The notes beneath the pieces are model-generated. The model saw only the letters and a list, made by a program, of their open reading frames with translations, did no database searches and had not been told where the DNA came from. Shown here piece by piece: positions 1-15,167 of a stretch of DNA of 64,000 nt. Each line of letters starts with the position of its first letter. Position 1 is the first letter of the stretch. The DNA lies in NCBI GenBank assembly GCA_973895155.1, contig OZ316894.1, positions 6,286,234-6,350,233 of the forward strand. The letters are read 5' to 3'. A program made the translations under genes and the position numbers. This stretch comes from Marsupella aquatica. Its lineage: Eukaryota; Plantae; Marchantiophyta.

Positions 1-759
1 GTGCACATTTTCTCTATTAGTGGTCAGAAAAAATAGCTAATCAAATCCAATGGCTGTGGATTTTTTTCGTCCAAAATCTTTTTTATATTGGGATGAAAGA
101 TAGAAAAAAAATAAATCCCTTATTATAGTTGTAGATAGTCCAAAAATTGTTCAAGTACAAGAGGGACACTAGCTGCCATGAGTGCTGCCCAACTTTGCAC
201 TTAATAAGAACCCAGATCTCTAAAAACTGAGATCTACATTTTGCCTAAGATTTAAGTACCTCATTTCTGAGGACCGGCACATGCGAGTTGGGCCTAAGGT
301 GACACTCTGCACTTTTTCCATACCCTACCCATCACCCTCCCTGACCCCTCCCATTCCTTTGAAGCCCCATTACCATGCAAATTGGGTGACTCATTCATTA
401 TCCGACTGCATGGCCACCTCATTAATGCTAAAAATACTTACACTCAACATCACTTATTACTTATCACTTATTATCATAACAGTATAACACTCTCCAAGGG
501 AAACACGTGTACATCGAAATAGTGTTAAAGTAAAATCCATTGTGCAATTGTCAGAATGGGTTTTCTTCGGCCGACAGCTCTTCTCTATAATTATGGCAGT
601 GCAGGAGTTTGTGGACGTGGATAAGATATCGGTAACAACTCGAACAGATTGACGACACAGGATATGATTGATTCCTCTCAGCTGCCTACAACGTTTACTG
701 CCGTAGCGTCGGTCTGAGCTGATCTACCTCATCTGACCAAACAGCAGTAGATTCAGCAA

Positions 760-1165
760 CTCGAGCTTGATGCGTGCCCCCTTGGCTCTCGAGCACGTTG
801 CCAGATGTTCCTCTCCTTGACCCTCCCCTTCCTCGTCCTCCTCGCCTCCAACCAATGTGGATTCTGATTGTTGCCAAGTCTACAATTACGGCTTTCCTCC
901 TCTGACCCACAGCAGCAGGAGCTTGAGTTTGTTGCTTGCCTCCACTCTCGAGCGCGTTGCTAGATGGTCCTCTCCTTGGCCTCCTCCTCCTCCAACGAAT
1001 GTGGATTCTGATTCTTGCCAAGTCTACAATTGCGGCTTTCCTCCTCTGACCACAGCTGCAGCTCGAGTTTGATGCTTGCCTCCTGGCTCTAGATCCTCCT
1101 CTCCTTGGCCTCATCCTCCTCCTCGCCTCCAACGAAAGTGGGTTCTGATTCTTGCCAAGTTTACG
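760..1165. repeat. Degenerate tandem repeat, about 3 units of 140-160 bp
   Basis: Core 'cctccaacnaatgtggattctgattnttgccaagtctacaat' and 'cctctccttggcctc' recur at about 845, 990 and 1125. The R/P-rich ORFs in the track are by-products of this repeat. Confidence 0.85.
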
Positions 1166-2269
1166 AATCTCTGTACTCGGTCGTCGTCTTTACCAAGTTT
1201 GAAGTCAGCAGAGCGAAGAGAGCCAAGGTCGAAGCTGCAAGGAGCGACCCTCACGAGTGGTACAGTAGTGTTTCCCTAGAGTCTAGAGGAATGTTCTGAC
1301 CCTTGCACTTTGCTGGCTCAAAGCATAAAGTGACCCGAGTCTGTAGGAATGCTTTGACCCTTGCACTTTTCTCGGGCAAAAGTAGATAGCGACCCAGTTC
1401 AATTCCATTGCCTCCTCCTCAACCTGACTTTGCAGATTTTTCTTCCTTTCTGGCTTGCAACAGTCGACCCAGGTCAAGGTAGGTGGTGGTCCACATCCTT
1501 CGATTCGCATCTGTAGCTCGGTGGCCTGGGGGACCACTGATCAATCACTCACACGTCCGTCTCGAGTCATATGTGATGTCTATGTAGAGAGGGGGCAGCT
1601 CTTTATTGTGCAAAGCTCAGCAAGCTTTTACGTCGCAATCGTAGTATTAGTTTGGCATTTGTGGGGGGATCTCTATCTGTCCGCAACACTCTGGAAGCTT
1701 CAACGTCACATAGTTTCGACTCCTGTTTGGGTATTTGGAGTTTGATTTCTCGCTTCTTCAACATAACTTCATTGTCTCCTGGCCTTTGTACAGTACAGTC
1801 CTGTTTCGACCCAGGTGGTCGACCACTAACCAAACATGCACTCCTCCTCCCAGACTGATATGTAATGTCTAGAGAGGGGATCTCTTCCTCAACACGCAGT
1901 AAAGCGTTAATGCCACAGAGTTTCGATTCCTGTTCTGTTTCATTTGGATTGGATTTCTCGTCTCTTTGAGCTTAATTCTTGTTGGTGAGATGATCCCTGG
2001 CTCGATCCCAGTCCATTTCGTCAATAAATTGCCTGAGGTCTCAATATTGGGACAGAGGATGCTTCAAACCCAATTCCTATTATCAGGCGCTTGATCTCCT
2101 CTCTGTTTTCATAATTCAATTTCCTTGTTCGATTCTTCTGGACCTCCTCTTCCTCCTCCTCTCAGTGGGGAACGCATACATTCGCAGGCATCATTCAAGT
2201 GGTGGATGTCTGTGACACCGTCTAGCAAAGATTGGCAGGAGTTCCACCGACGTTCGATAGAGGAGAGGG

Positions 2270-2764
2270 ATGGCCGACAGGCATTTTGGACTGGCTCTGG
2301 ACTTCTCTGCGAGCAGCGACTACGCGCTCCAGTGGGCCATCGACAACATTCTGAGGGACGGTGACAAGCTCATTCTCTTGATGGTTGTGAAGAAAACCGG
2401 TGAGGGGGAGTCCGTTGAGCAGCTTTGGAGTGCCTATGGATCCCCCCTGATACCATTCCAGGAATTCACAGACGTGGTTGTGATGAACCGCTATGGCGTC
2501 ACGGTGAGCCCTGGAGTCTACGATTCTCTTCGCAAATTGGTCGGTTCAAAGCAGGTGACAGTTTTCGGGAAGGTTTACTACGGAGATGCCAAAGAGAAAC
2601 TGATCGATGCTGTCGTCGAGCTTCCTTTGGATGCCATGGTACTTGGGAGTCGAGGGCTCGGAGGCCTTAAGAAAGTGTTCTTGGGAAGCGTGAGCGATCA
2701 CGTTGTCAATAATGCTCCTTGCCCTGTCACAGTTGTCAAGCTGCCAGAGTTGTGTGCTGCTTAA
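2270..2764 (+). CDS. Universal stress protein A-like (plant USP family), intronless
   Basis: 164-aa ORF with N-terminal ALDFSASSDYALQWAIDN, GDAKEKL and the ATP-binding motif LGSRGLGGLKKVFLGSVSDHVVNNAPCPVTVVK. Confidence 0.95.
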   Translation: MADRHFGLALDFSASSDYALQWAIDNILRDGDKLILLMVVKKTGEGESVEQLWSAYGSPLIPFQEFTDVVVMNRYGVTVSPGVYDSLRKLVGSKQVTVFGKVYYGDAKEKLIDAVVELPLDAMVLGSRGLGGLKKVFLGSVSDHVVNNAPCPVTVVKLPELCAA

Positions 2765-4621
2765 GTTGGAGTGTGACAGTTTGGAAAGTCGATGGCTACG
2801 AGATCCTACAGTGGCTGATGTAATGACAATGCCATCGGGGGAGTTCCCACTGGGTGTTGCGAAGCTGACGTTCTACTTACAACCTTCCCCACCCACGGTA
2901 TTAATTGGCTGAAATCTTGCGAGCTTCATCGCGCATTCTTATGATCGACTTGGTAGCACCCAGCAGGAGAAAGTTTGTTGCGGCCTTAAGTATACATTTC
3001 CTCGTATTTTCCATGAAAAAACCTCATTCCATCCAATTTGGAAAGTCATCATTGTGTCGGTTCACTGGAGGATTGTCGGTTTCTTTGAGCAGTAGTCATG
3101 TACTGCACTGTAGTGGGACTCGCTAATTGAGAACGGGTGAACAAGGGCAACCTACCAACCGCAGCATGAGGAGATCCACCAGGCAGGTGCCTTCGATTCA
3201 ACAGAGGCTGAAAGGAAAGGTTCCGCTCGGCTTCTGGGGAATGACCGATTCGCCGACGCTGACAAAGAGTTACAGGAAAACAACACTTTGCGATTTGAGA
3301 ACACGGTGGGCAGCACAGGGTGCTTGCGGAGATTCTCATGGCAACGAAGAGGAAGAGGCCAAATGGAAAACTGAAAGCAAATTTTCCTAAATTGCTGTGT
3401 AACACGGGATGATTTTTGGAGCAGACGTATGGAGACGAATGAGAGGGAAGAGAAATGAATGCCGGGATCTGGAATTGGCGGAGGCCAATGAGCACCCTGC
3501 TCCAGCAAATTTTTGACACCATTTCGATAATCTAACATCAATTTTGACGGATTGAAGCCACGGAGGCGTTTTTCAACTGAGTCAAGCCAAGATACTTCTA
3601 TACAAAGTCCAGCATCACCATAGTTCAATTTGACTTTACGCTCCCCACTGGATCAGTCTGCTGGGTCGGAGATTATACCGAGAAGATATTTCCATTTTGA
3701 TGCCCGCAGGTTAAATTCTTAGCTGTACCAAAGCCAATTTTGTACTCATAAATGTCCAAAGGAAGGAACTACTGCAGAATGTTTCCCTAAGTGCATACTA
3801 GTAAAAGGTTTTTGGGATCATCACCAGACCCCATTCCGGAGCAATTAAAATCTCAAAATTGCGGATGAGAATCTTATTTTCCATTGCAATGACCAGAAAA
3901 TACAGATGCCACTTTGATTGGATTTGGAATGGATCAGGGCGCACTGAGATCGGAAAATCCTCGTCCGGTCTACTAGAATACAGAGGGCTCTAACACAGAT
4001 AGCTTAGTAAAACTCATTTTTATGTGTGATGAACGTCGCGAGTAAAGTAGCAACTTAGGCCACCGTCATTTGGCTCTTTTCGGGGGTAGGTTTAGCTGCT
4101 GTCGGCCAAAAGTCTGCATACCGCCAACTACCCTATTTAAATCCGACGTCTGTACAGTACTTCGAAGACTCCTCTCCGCTCATGCTCAACTAATGCTTAT
4201 TAGTCGGTGGGAGGACTCCAGATCTTATGTCGAATAAAGTAATCACCATCCTCCCAAATGGCAGAAGTGCAAAAGTTTCGCCTTCCAACGAATTCACTCT
4301 GTAGGCACATAAATATATTATCACGTTTCAATTTCAGCTTACCACTCTAGCTCCAACAAACTGCGACCTCTGTGCGTTCGGCCGGTGTTCTGCCCCGACA
4401 AGCCCACAAGCCTGACAAATAAACATACAAAATGAACCTGGAGTCTCTCAAGGCTTCGGCCTCCATAATCAGACAAGCGACGTTCACCCATAACAACGAC
4501 CAGGTTTGCGATAAAATTCTTGTTGAAGCACCTATTCGTAAGTCAATTTCTTGGACAATCGTAGGCTCAGTGGCGTGGCCGCAGTCCATAAACAATATTT
4601 GCTGTACCGTGGAAATTTCTT

Positions 4622-7600
4622 TTAAACTAATGAATCCTCGTGCAGAGCCAGCATTCCATCAGTAAACTTCTTCCGGATAGACCTATACTGCCTGTGTACC
4701 GATTCAAAGGCTTTGGCTGCTCGGTGGAACACCAATGCCTTGCCAAATTCCGCCTTCATATTTGAGAAATTCTGTTCTAGTTCGGGCAAGTTGATTTCCT
4801 TTGATTGGGCAGAGTCTATCGTACTCATGACTGATGCAACTGGTTCTGCTGTTGAGGTAGTGGCGTGTCCACCGGAATATGTAACATGTCGCAACCATTC
4901 CACCCCACCAGAGCAAGAGCCAATGTATTCACCTGCTGCATCTTGCCTAAAGGCGAGAGCTTCCTCAAAATTCGCTTTCTTGGCGACGACCTCTAGCAAC
5001 TTTTGAAAATACTCCAATGAGACAGGATCACAAATGTCGCAGCATAAGGAATGATCCTGCTCACAGATGAAAATCTGTAAACCTGCTTCGGGAAGCGCTA
5101 CTTCTTCTCCTTCTTCCCTAAACCGTGAGTGACGATGTTGTGGACGTGAAGGTTCAGCTGCAATCATGCAAGCCTTCCGTAATGCTAGTTCTCTCTCACC
5201 AAGAAGATTGATAGCAATGTGAAGTAACCCTTCGCAAAGTCGCCCGTACCTATTAAACGACTCATTGCTTGGATGTGAACATGTCTCCGTTTGCCACTTT
5301 TGCTCTGCCCAGATCCGAAGAGCAATATGTATCAATCCTTCCCACCTAGAAAGAGAAGCCAGTGAGAATACCAAAGATTCATTCACTACAAGCATGGAAT
5401 GCATTCATCTTGCTTTCAAAAAGATTAAAAACAAAAGGAGATACAAAGAGTGTCATATGCCGTTTGTATGCAGAAAGACTACAGTAGTTCATTTTCTTCT
5501 GCGTCAAGTATAATGGTCTGACTACTAGCGTGAGCTGTACAATTGAAAGAATCACTTACTCGAATGGAGGCTCCACCTCTACACCAAACGTTAGATGAAG
5601 AGAATAGAGGCTGGTGCAGTGGTCGGGTCCAAACCCGGAGCTTCCAGGATTCTCCTTGGCCGTATTGTCTCCAAGATTCTGAGAATGACCAATATCATTT
5701 GAGTTTTGCTCTGAATCCTGCCCCAAGTCCGGCTCATCGGATCTATCGTGCCGAGAGCCAGGTAAACAAGTCCCAAATCCACCTTCTGGCTGCTCACAAT
5801 GTGCCTTATGGGGGAAGCCCCTAGGAATGTAGAGAACATCACCCTCGTCAAGGTTATATACAGTTGAAGCTGAGTTGTTGAGAGCCTTACGGTTCAATGT
5901 TCTGCACGAATAAAGCCTGGGAAGCAATTTATGTGGGGGGTAAACATTCCATGACTTCCGGCCAACTAGCTGGCACACGAAGACACAATGATCGTCATAA
6001 TGCAAATCCAGGCCCTGCGCATTTGCTGGGGTGATGTAGAGATTCACACCAACACTTGGCTGCCCACATTGTCTTGCTAAACAGTCAGCAATATCCGCAA
6101 TGCTAGAGCAGCGTAGCTCCATACCTTTAATAGCCACGGTGTACCCCTTCTCAATTGCTTCTAAAATCTCTCGTGGATGAACATATCTTGCCCCTCGGCC
6201 ATCTGAAGGACCATTGTTTCCACTGTAATGCACCTCAACCATTCTTTTAGGTACTGGTGTCAGAGGAGAAACCGCATCAGGCTCCAGGGCTACGGTCTTC
6301 ACAATTCGGATGTCCTGCCCAGAAATCATTGGCTCCCCAAGACAACCTTCAATGCTCTCCAGAAGGGAGAGGGAGTCCAACTGATCAGCAATAGCTGGAG
6401 GGCAACCAGAGAACCGAGCGAGAAAATTGTTCACAACCACAGCCAATGTGGTGAAGGATTTGGACAATGCTGAGAGGCAAGAAGGTAGTTTCCTACTGAC
6501 AACCATGGGCGTCTGTTCCCAGCACTCCTCAAAAAAGAGCGTCTGATTGAAATCTGTATTCTCGAACAGGCCATGCTGTAACGAGAGTTTTCTGCTGCAA
6601 TTGCTGGCAAGTTCCATGGCCAACTGTACCACACATTTTGCGACAAGCTGCCTTGTCTCACGGTTGCATGTCCAGGTGGGTTCTTCATCGGCTGCTGTAG
6701 ATTGGAGCAGAATCTGATCCTTCCTCAGTAGAGTGTGCCAAAACCTCCGAAGTAAATCGAGTACTTTCCGACATGAAGCTTGTGACGAGTTTTCAATCCC
6801 AAGGTTACGAATGAGAGCACTCACTGCCGTTGACGCCGTGGTAACGAGCTCCTCAACCTCTTCGCAGAAAGCTGTCTCATGTAATGCAGAGGTGACGATT
6901 TTAGTTCTACCACAACTTTCACTCTGGTTATCGTCAGAAATTGGTTCGGAGTGCTTTCGTGAGTTAGAATCGGTTTCGCCAGCAGCCAACGACTTTGAGG
7001 GATGATTTCCATCATCCATGAGACACTTTTGAGCTTCCTTCGAGAGATCTCCAATCCAGCACAACAAATGCCTGTCCATTGCGTTATTGACCACAGAGAC
7101 AAAGGAAGAGACAGGGAAAACTTCGACATGACTGTATTGTGGAGCTGATCTTTGAAATACAGCAATAATTAATCATGGCTCCATTTACGAGGAGAAAAAA
7201 ATGATATACTTACAGTAGGTGACGCATCACACCAGACTCCTTCAAAGCTTCACAGCCGAATGGTGTGATCAGTAAATCTATCACAGCGTGACAAGCAACA
7301 GTATGAAGCTCCACATTAGGTTTCGCTTTGAATATTTCTGCAAGAGCACGGATGGCGTTCTTGTCACTCACAACCTTGCGGTGCGCTGAAAAGGAGCTCA
7401 CTGATAAGGCGCCCAGTACCTCAATCCCTGCAGCAACTCCTTGTCTGCTCCTGAAAGACCACATCCCAGCTACTGTAGTAAATACTTAAACCTAAGACCT
7501 CATCCTTTTGAAGGTAGAAAAATCATTCTCATCCCAATTCAACGAGCTAACAAGAGAAGGATTTTTATTAGAGAGATTGAGAGAACCTCTAGCATGCTAA

Positions 7601-7969
7601 GACACTCCTCACTTGAAGGACAACCTAGGTGATTTGAATGAGTATTTTGGGTTTCTCTGGCTCTCTTGAATGGTCCTTGTGTGATTTAAGAGACACAGCT
7701 TTGGAGCACACTGGACGGGATGAGCGTAGAGGTGATTGCACTAACGAGTGTCCCAAAATGGATGGCACGAGATGTAGAAAACCGTTTGCCAAAAGGTCGT
7801 CCGCAAAGGACTCTGCTGTCGGACCGCCTGCGAAGAGTATGTTGCGCACAGAACGCAGGGTAGGAGCACATGACGGAGATTGTCGAAGAGTATTCAAGGC
7901 GTCTGTTGCACTTAGAAAATTCCCACTGCCTTGTTTCACCTTCCGTTTCTTCTTGGCCGTTGTAGCCAT
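4622..7969 (-). CDS. JmjC/cupin-4 oxygenase, RIOX (NO66/MINA53)-like; exons approx. 7969-7746, 7450-7214, 7131-5560, 5345-4622
   Basis: Motifs FFEECWEQTP, VNLYITPANAQGLDLHYDDHCVFVCQLVGRKSW (HxD), LDEGDVLYIPRGFPHKAH (distal His) and SLHLTFGVEVEPPFE|WEG. N-terminal NLS-like KKKRK. GT-AG junctions join in frame. Confidence 0.88.
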
Positions 7970-9813
7970 TTGGAATCGCTTCCAGGCGGAGGAGCGGCAG
8001 CAGGAGTGTTAACTTCGTCATTCATCCGTTTGAACGAAGGCACGGTCCCTGCTCGCTTCCAGATGCATTTCGTCTGCCACGAAATTGAAATGGATCCTTC
8101 CACACTTCCTCTCAATGCTACAATTCTGCCTCAATTCCACAGCTCGAAGGGGTTCCAAAGCGACTGTACACTGAATCCCTTACGACACTGAAGGGTTTAA
8201 GCCCAGCTTGAAATTAAGTTTCGGAATAAGGTAACTTGCCTGAACATATGGCTTTTACAGTTGAGTCAGCTAAAAACAGTCTAAAACACCAGTGTTGTTA
8301 CAGACAAAAAACACCAGTGTTTCAGTAAATTGATTTTGTGACGATTACTGGTACATTACGTTACATAAAAAAAAGGTCAATGGAGCTGATCTAATTACAA
8401 AGAGGCGAGGAGAGCAAAATATCCTCGGAGGTTGATGACGGAGGTAGCACCCACACAAGTTTTTAAAATTGATGATCAAACGCTGTTGCAGTTTTTTTCC
8501 TCTTAATCTTTCCCTCGTCTCTTTCACTTGGGCAGCTCAATAGCCTGCATATACTCTGTTGCATAAAATCTCCTTGGGACCAGAGTATTCAATCTATTCA
8601 AATTCTAAAGCTTCATGATTTCCCCGAAGATCGATTCTCGACCTCACTCGTAACTGGTATCAGCCAGAGTAGACCTGAAGGCGTCTCATCAATCCTGGGT
8701 AGCCTCCAATTCTTAGAATTACACTTGTAGAATATTTGGACGAGACTTAGAATTACACTTGCAGAATATTTGGACGAGGGATGCAGCGACTTTCTTGGAG
8801 CTATGGGGCCGAACCGTGGTCAAGTCTCGCCCTTCTTCACTGGTCAAACCCTCAAGCATGAACTCGTCCTGCTTTAGAAGGGGTTTCCTCGGACAGTAAA
8901 TTGTTCTGATATTTTTACTGGCAGGAACTTGTTGAAGTATCTCGATACAGGCCTCGGCATCAATAGACCATCGGATTGGAGGCGTAGGCCAACAGAACAA
9001 CGGGCTACTCCCGCGGCAGAACGTGGAGTGCAATCACAGACACCTATTGTGCTGGGCTCGTAGCAACATCCAAGCGGATAACAGATGTCAAAAGTTTTGA
9101 TACAGATTACAGTAGATCATAGTATTAATCGAAGTAGATCAAAGTAGCAATTCACCGAGTGAGAAAGAAAATTGACCTCGCCAGGCTTTTTTCCGTAGTC
9201 TATTGTGGAGTATTTACCAAAATGACCACCATGGTTTGTTCCAATGCTTTTGTTTTAACAATGTGGTGTCTCTTATGTCGGACGACACGCTCATCTTCAG
9301 GATGCAACTTGCTGAAGTTGGGGATACAGCTTGCTGAAGTTCCATCCTGTCGTAACTGTGCACCTTCAGGAAGCTGTGGGTTCGGTCCTGTACCACGCGT
9401 TTGCTCATGTGATGGTGCAAAGAGATGGAGTCACGGAATTGAATTCGTGACAGCCATATTTTCAAAATATTCTAACGTTTACAAGAGTAAATCATAATGA
9501 TTCGCCACTTTTGCCTTGCTTTCCAAACGTACTCGATAATCTTGTTTTACTGGTATCTAGCATTGCCTGAAAAATCGATTTGGGTACAGGAACTCGAACT
9601 CAGGACGTTGATAGTGTGCTGAGCTAATTTACTCTACTAGCCTTTCCTTCGAAAAGCGGACCGTCATTAGCTTCTGATATAAGTCCGTTTCTTTGCAAGC
9701 GGGAAATAATCGGGACACTTCTGCTTCGAGATAAGGTCCTCTCTCACATGTCTAATGTAGCCATCTTTCGCTGTACGCAAACCACGTCTTCGAGCCTGTT
9801 CAAAATTAGAAGT

Positions 9814-12800
9814 CTAGTGCTTCAAGAGTCTCAGCATATCTCCAACCAGATACAGTGAGCCAGTGACCAGCACCTGGATAGCATTAACCACCACCATATC
9901 AATACCTTTAATACTCATATCGTATGAAAACGGAGTTCCAACCATTTCAAATACAGGACTTCGGGACTACAAGTCTGACGAGGGTTGGGTATTGGCTGTC
10001 AATGTTGTACATATTTTGTTCATAGAACGAGCTGATGCAATTGGTTTTCAATTTACATGAGGTAGGAAATAATAACCTGTATCCGAAGCTGGGGGTGTTG
10101 CTTTGCACATGACCTGATCCATTCTAATGTTCCTGGCAATGATGACATTACAGCACTGGACGAGCCGACTGTATGGCAGACACCCCTCTGCTCTTCTAGA
10201 CCAGCATAGAGCTCATTATGACTTGCCGATTGGAAGGTGCCACCATTAGATGCTGTTCCATAATTCCAAACAAAGGCGAAGTGTATTGAGACCGCTCACA
10301 GGAGAATCGAAGTCGTGGGAGATAAAAGACAAATCGTTTAGCTAGTCCACATAATCATATTGGAGAACATGTCACCAATCATCCGCAGTTTATAAAAGTT
10401 TTACCTCTACTGATATTACTATTTGGTTAAAAACTACTACTTCGCAAGGTAATTAAACCTCGTTGGACAAAGCAACACCAGATACAAACACAACCAGAAA
10501 GTCACTACAGAAATGGACAAAGTATTTCCCCGACAGAACAGATGGGCTTCTCATACAATTTCCCAACGTGCACAGTAACCAACCGGACAGGAAATTCTAG
10601 GTGTTTCCCTGAAAGGCTTACATCAGCTTAGAAACAGTGAGGTTGCAACCTTCTGCCCATCTTCAAATTGATTTCAGATGAAGAACAAAAGATTACGATT
10701 GATACCTCGCAACATTGTTGGCCGAAAGGACTCCCAACATTTTTGTAAGGTCAACTGCCAAGAAAAGTCAGGCTGCCTTGCTCCATTTCCAAACTTAGTA
10801 GTGCGCAAACCGCTAATAGATGTGTAGCTGGAAGCATTAGGAGTAAAAAAGGCCATATGGAACGGAAGCCCTGGATTCACAAGATGTACATTTTAGTCTG
10901 TTAGCGACGTCAGCTGTCCACTCTCGATTAGTTTTGTAAGAAGTAAAGTAAGTGCCACTTTATGCACTGGACTTCCAGACTTCCAACCAATCTGATCCTT
11001 TAGAGAAAGCCAAAATGCAGATTGCAATATACCAAAAAGGGAAACCGCAAGACTGCTTGTTTGCCATGATTGTGAGACAAAGAAGCACTAGCCTTGCCGG
11101 GCACAAAGGTTGACGAGAGGTGGTAGAAGTGATTGAGGATCGCGCTTTGGCATACAATTGAACAGCAATACCTGCCATCCCCATTCATATGCTCAGAAAG
11201 AGATTACTTGCCTATCAAGAACTTAACCACTTTAGACACGCTGTGAGTTTGAACTTTATGCCACAATAGATGAACCTCCTTGCAGCGTCTCAACAAGACA
11301 AGTACCAGGGCACGAGCAACTGTTCAAGAAGCAAAAGGAAAAATATCTTCGTTTTCCTCTGTTCAATGGTAACAGAAATATTGGCCCCACGTTGCTTTAC
11401 GCTGAATTCCTGGCTTGGCAAAACTATTAGAAGTCGCTATCTAGAATCAGAAAATTCTGGCTAGCATCCTTGACTTAGCTCCCGGACAATCCACAGCAAA
11501 CATAAAAATCTGCTTCGAAAGAACATGGTGAAAAATTTCGTATTCAAACTATCAGAAAAATAAAAAAACGGAACTCTCCAAGTTTGATCAAGCAACGGGC
11601 AGGAAGAAGGTTCACGTTGGATATTCTTATTCCTAACCTTCCCAGCCTGTGAAAATGTCCACAATAACGAGAGTGAGGGCTTAAGAAGACTTAGCACGCA
11701 CCCGTCGGAACGAGGCATCAATGTCCTTTTCTCCAAACGTTTGTCCTGGTGAAACTGTTGTATTTCCTCGACCATCGGATTCAACTACGTATGAAGTGAC
11801 GCTGTCTGCCTTGACGGTGTCGCAAAACCATCTTGCACATGCGTCCATGCTTTCTGGGCTGTGTGCACCATCAAGATAAAACTGTAGCTTGCTGGACTTG
11901 AGATATGATCCGTTACCCAAAGACTTCTCATCTTGGCCCATGAATTGATCATAAACTATTTCACCTCGCCCTGGCCAGTGCGTACTTGCCAAGCCCAGAA
12001 CATATGGTTCTGGAAGACCACCAGTTTTTAACGCCTAACCAAGGGGGTCAAGATATGTATCAGGTCTTGCTACATCTAGAAAGGAAATCAAAATGACATT
12101 ACGTTTCAAACTTAAAATTTTCCTGCCCGCACCATTGGAGAGCGGAGAAAATGTAGACCCAAAAGTCTCGTTAACCATAAAGCCCCTTCAAACGGAAAAC
12201 ATCAACCGATTGATATGAAAGCAAATTTTACTTCAACTCAAATTTGTCTTATTGAAGATGCGGGCCTACGCAGCTGTCCAACCAGCGGTTTTCTTTTCAT
12301 GTGAAGAACAAAGAGACCTCTGACCTCCATCAAAATGTTGTTTTCTACTTAGAGCAAGCAACATGAAGATAAAAGTTGAGAGGTTCTTGTACAACCATGG
12401 TCCAGTGTTCTTCATTTCCACTTCGTTGTGCCCAACGCCTACACAAAGCGATTGCAAGTGCTGCATTGATACGTTGGTGTTCCCCGTTCAAGCCAAGCTT
12501 CAAATTCGAGAGCCCATATGACTCCAAAGCAGGAGCAACACTTAAAGATATCTGCAGAGAGCAAATCTGAAAGGTCAGTACATCCCGCCCCGGATTACGA
12601 AGCGACTAACTCCGCCAGACGTTCATATGGCTTACATGCTGCTCAACAAAGCACACACTACAAAATTCTAATTATCAACGACTGTACCTCTAGGTCTTCA
12701 GCTCTCCTTCGGAGTGCTTCCATGGCCTCGTCTAGCTGAGGGGCCGTAATTGCGGGCACACCTGGCTTCATAGACCAAAGCGAATGAACAGTTCAGCCAA

Positions 12801-15167
12801 CAAGTATAGTATTCAATGTTACCAGAACAGATACACCATCCATAATAATCCCCACCCTCACTAACACAGAGCAGGCAATTGCTATTGGACAAGAGAATCA
12901 CCCAGGCATGTTTCCGAGATGGATTCACAGACCTTAAAAATTCCAGCTTTCTCTGTAGCAATTTCTCTGAGAGTGTTACCTGCATCCAATGTCAAGAAAA
13001 AACATATCATTGTGGCCATACTTGAAGTTAAGCGGACCCAACTTTCATTCAATGCTTTTAAGTGCTCAGATACGCGAGTCATTTGAAGCAACTCCGTGAT
13101 ATTAAACAACCAGAAGGACTTGGGTACTACCGTATCTGGAGTGCGTCATGAAAAACCCTACCTAGAAGTTCCATGTGATCAAACCCCAAAGATGCTATGC
13201 CACAAACAGCAGGAGCCCTCACCTGCATTTCAGGGCCATCGGCGGTCCATTACATCTAGAAACATTAACTCATGAGAATATTGTAGGCACGAATTCGTTG
13301 AGAGAGACAGAGCCTTAGGTTCCGCAACTATGCTTCCCGATTATACCGTAACAGCTGTAAATGGATAATAACCTAAGTTCTTACTAACAATGGTTGCGTT
13401 TCATACCACGTTTGTTGCATCTAAGCGCCCGCCGAGGCCGACTTCCAAAATGGCCACGTCTACCTGAAACACTCATGCAATGCCAAACGCTCCAATCAAC
13501 ATGAGAAACTTCAGAGCAGAAACAATCGACGAGAACAATAGCTTCGGCGATATAGTGCCTGACTCAGGACAGCCATGGTATGACAGGTGCAAGCTCCTCT
13601 CTCAAAAAGCTTGAAAACTCACTTTCTCGACGATGAACATTCGCAGAGCTAACAATGTCATAAAGCGGAAAAATCCGGGCATGGCAACAATATCTGTGTT
13701 GTCCTGCACATTATGAAGCACATTTCTGGTTGGACAACGAATTAAGAGACGTGAACGAATACATAAGCATCTGAAATTGACTTTTGTCATTCAAAGTAAG
13801 CACGACTACTCTTGTCAAAAAATCGCTTTAGACATTTATGAACAAATTATCTACTTCCTACTCGCTACAATCCAGCACAGTGACGACTGATTTTTCATCG
13901 AAGTGCCAACGTGATAACCAGCAAGCACAGTATTTGTACATATTGATCTAGTTTTCATGCTCAACCAAAACCTGTGGCAAGCTCTCCAGAATTTTCAGGT
14001 AACAACATTGGAACCCCTAAATCCTACCTGGAGGCGATTGTAGACCCACCAAAAGTTGTCAGAAAAAACTTTTCTTGAAACGTCAAGCCTGGAAAAGCAA
14101 CAGACTCTCATCAGATACCAAGTAGTCTTCAGTGTCAAATTGCCAACTAAGCCATATAAGTTGTGTGAATATCTTCAGCAAAATGCAAAAGGATTTACAG
14201 TCGGTACTCACCCATTGAATCGGAACCTTTCACAAACGTCGACAAGATGCGGCGAAGTGAACAGGCCTGTACGAAAACCGGATGCTCTCAGCATGCTCTC
14301 TGTAAATGCGCAAGTAGAGCCCTGGCAATGGGGAGAGATGGACATATTACAAAAATTACTGACTTGCCCAGAACAATGCCGCCTTAACAGCGAGACGACG
14401 ACTCCGACAACAATCTGCCACAGAATGATACTGGCCCGGCATGAAGTCCACAATCAGTGAGAATTCCGGCCCTTGAACTGATTGTGTCATCCAATAATTT
14501 CGGAACTAGTGATGCTAACCCGCACACAAGCGCGCCCTATCTTAATCCCAATCAATTCAAGAGGGTACATTTCCAATCAGGTACTATGACTGCTCCTATA
14601 AAAATATATCGTCACACAAATTGCAAGCAGACGGAATAGAAGAATGGTAGAGAATCACATTCCACTTTTGGCATCAGATATACAATATAGATTGGAGTAG
14701 CGATTCGATAGGCAACATCAATTGTACCTTTCCTTTTGTCCCAGCCACGTGTATTACACTCAAGCGCTCCAGAGGCTCTTCCAGCTCAAGAATCTGAGAC
14801 CACAAATTAAAAGTGATCAGGAAAGCTCATTCATTTATTCGTTCGCCAATGTGGATTCATATGCTTCCAACATTAATATGCTCAATTGTCACCGCGTCTG
14901 GAACTGCTGCTACTATTCAGATCCTCACCCTCACTACTCTTTAGCACAGCCCACACGGGATGGATGGATGGATCCAACTATTCTTACACGCACAGCTACG
15001 GCAGATGCAGAAAACAGTTGTACCTGGAGATGCTTAAAAGTCGCCTCAAAATGGGCAGCCCAGTTGGCTTTGCCGTCGGGCACAGGATCGCTGAATGGGC
15101 CTCGATGGATTAGAGTGTCGAGAATTGCAACCGCCTCCTCGAACGAAGATCCAGTCTCGACCGCCAT
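9814..15167 (-). CDS. FPGS: Folylpolyglutamate synthase, about 15 exons
   Basis: Exons encode IHVAGTKGK|[57 protein letters not shown]|[55 protein letters not shown] and terminal [19 protein letters not shown] (9873-9814). Junctions checked are GT-AG. Confidence 0.95.

Noticed and set aside
695-1299. Arg/Pro-rich ORFs
   Set aside because: Translations of a degenerate tandem repeat with frame-breaking indels between units.
3049-3628. Overlapping ORFs of about 158 aa as a possible gene or extra JmjC exons
   Set aside because: No recognisable motif; the JmjC gene already ends plausibly at 4622 (..GMLALH..*).
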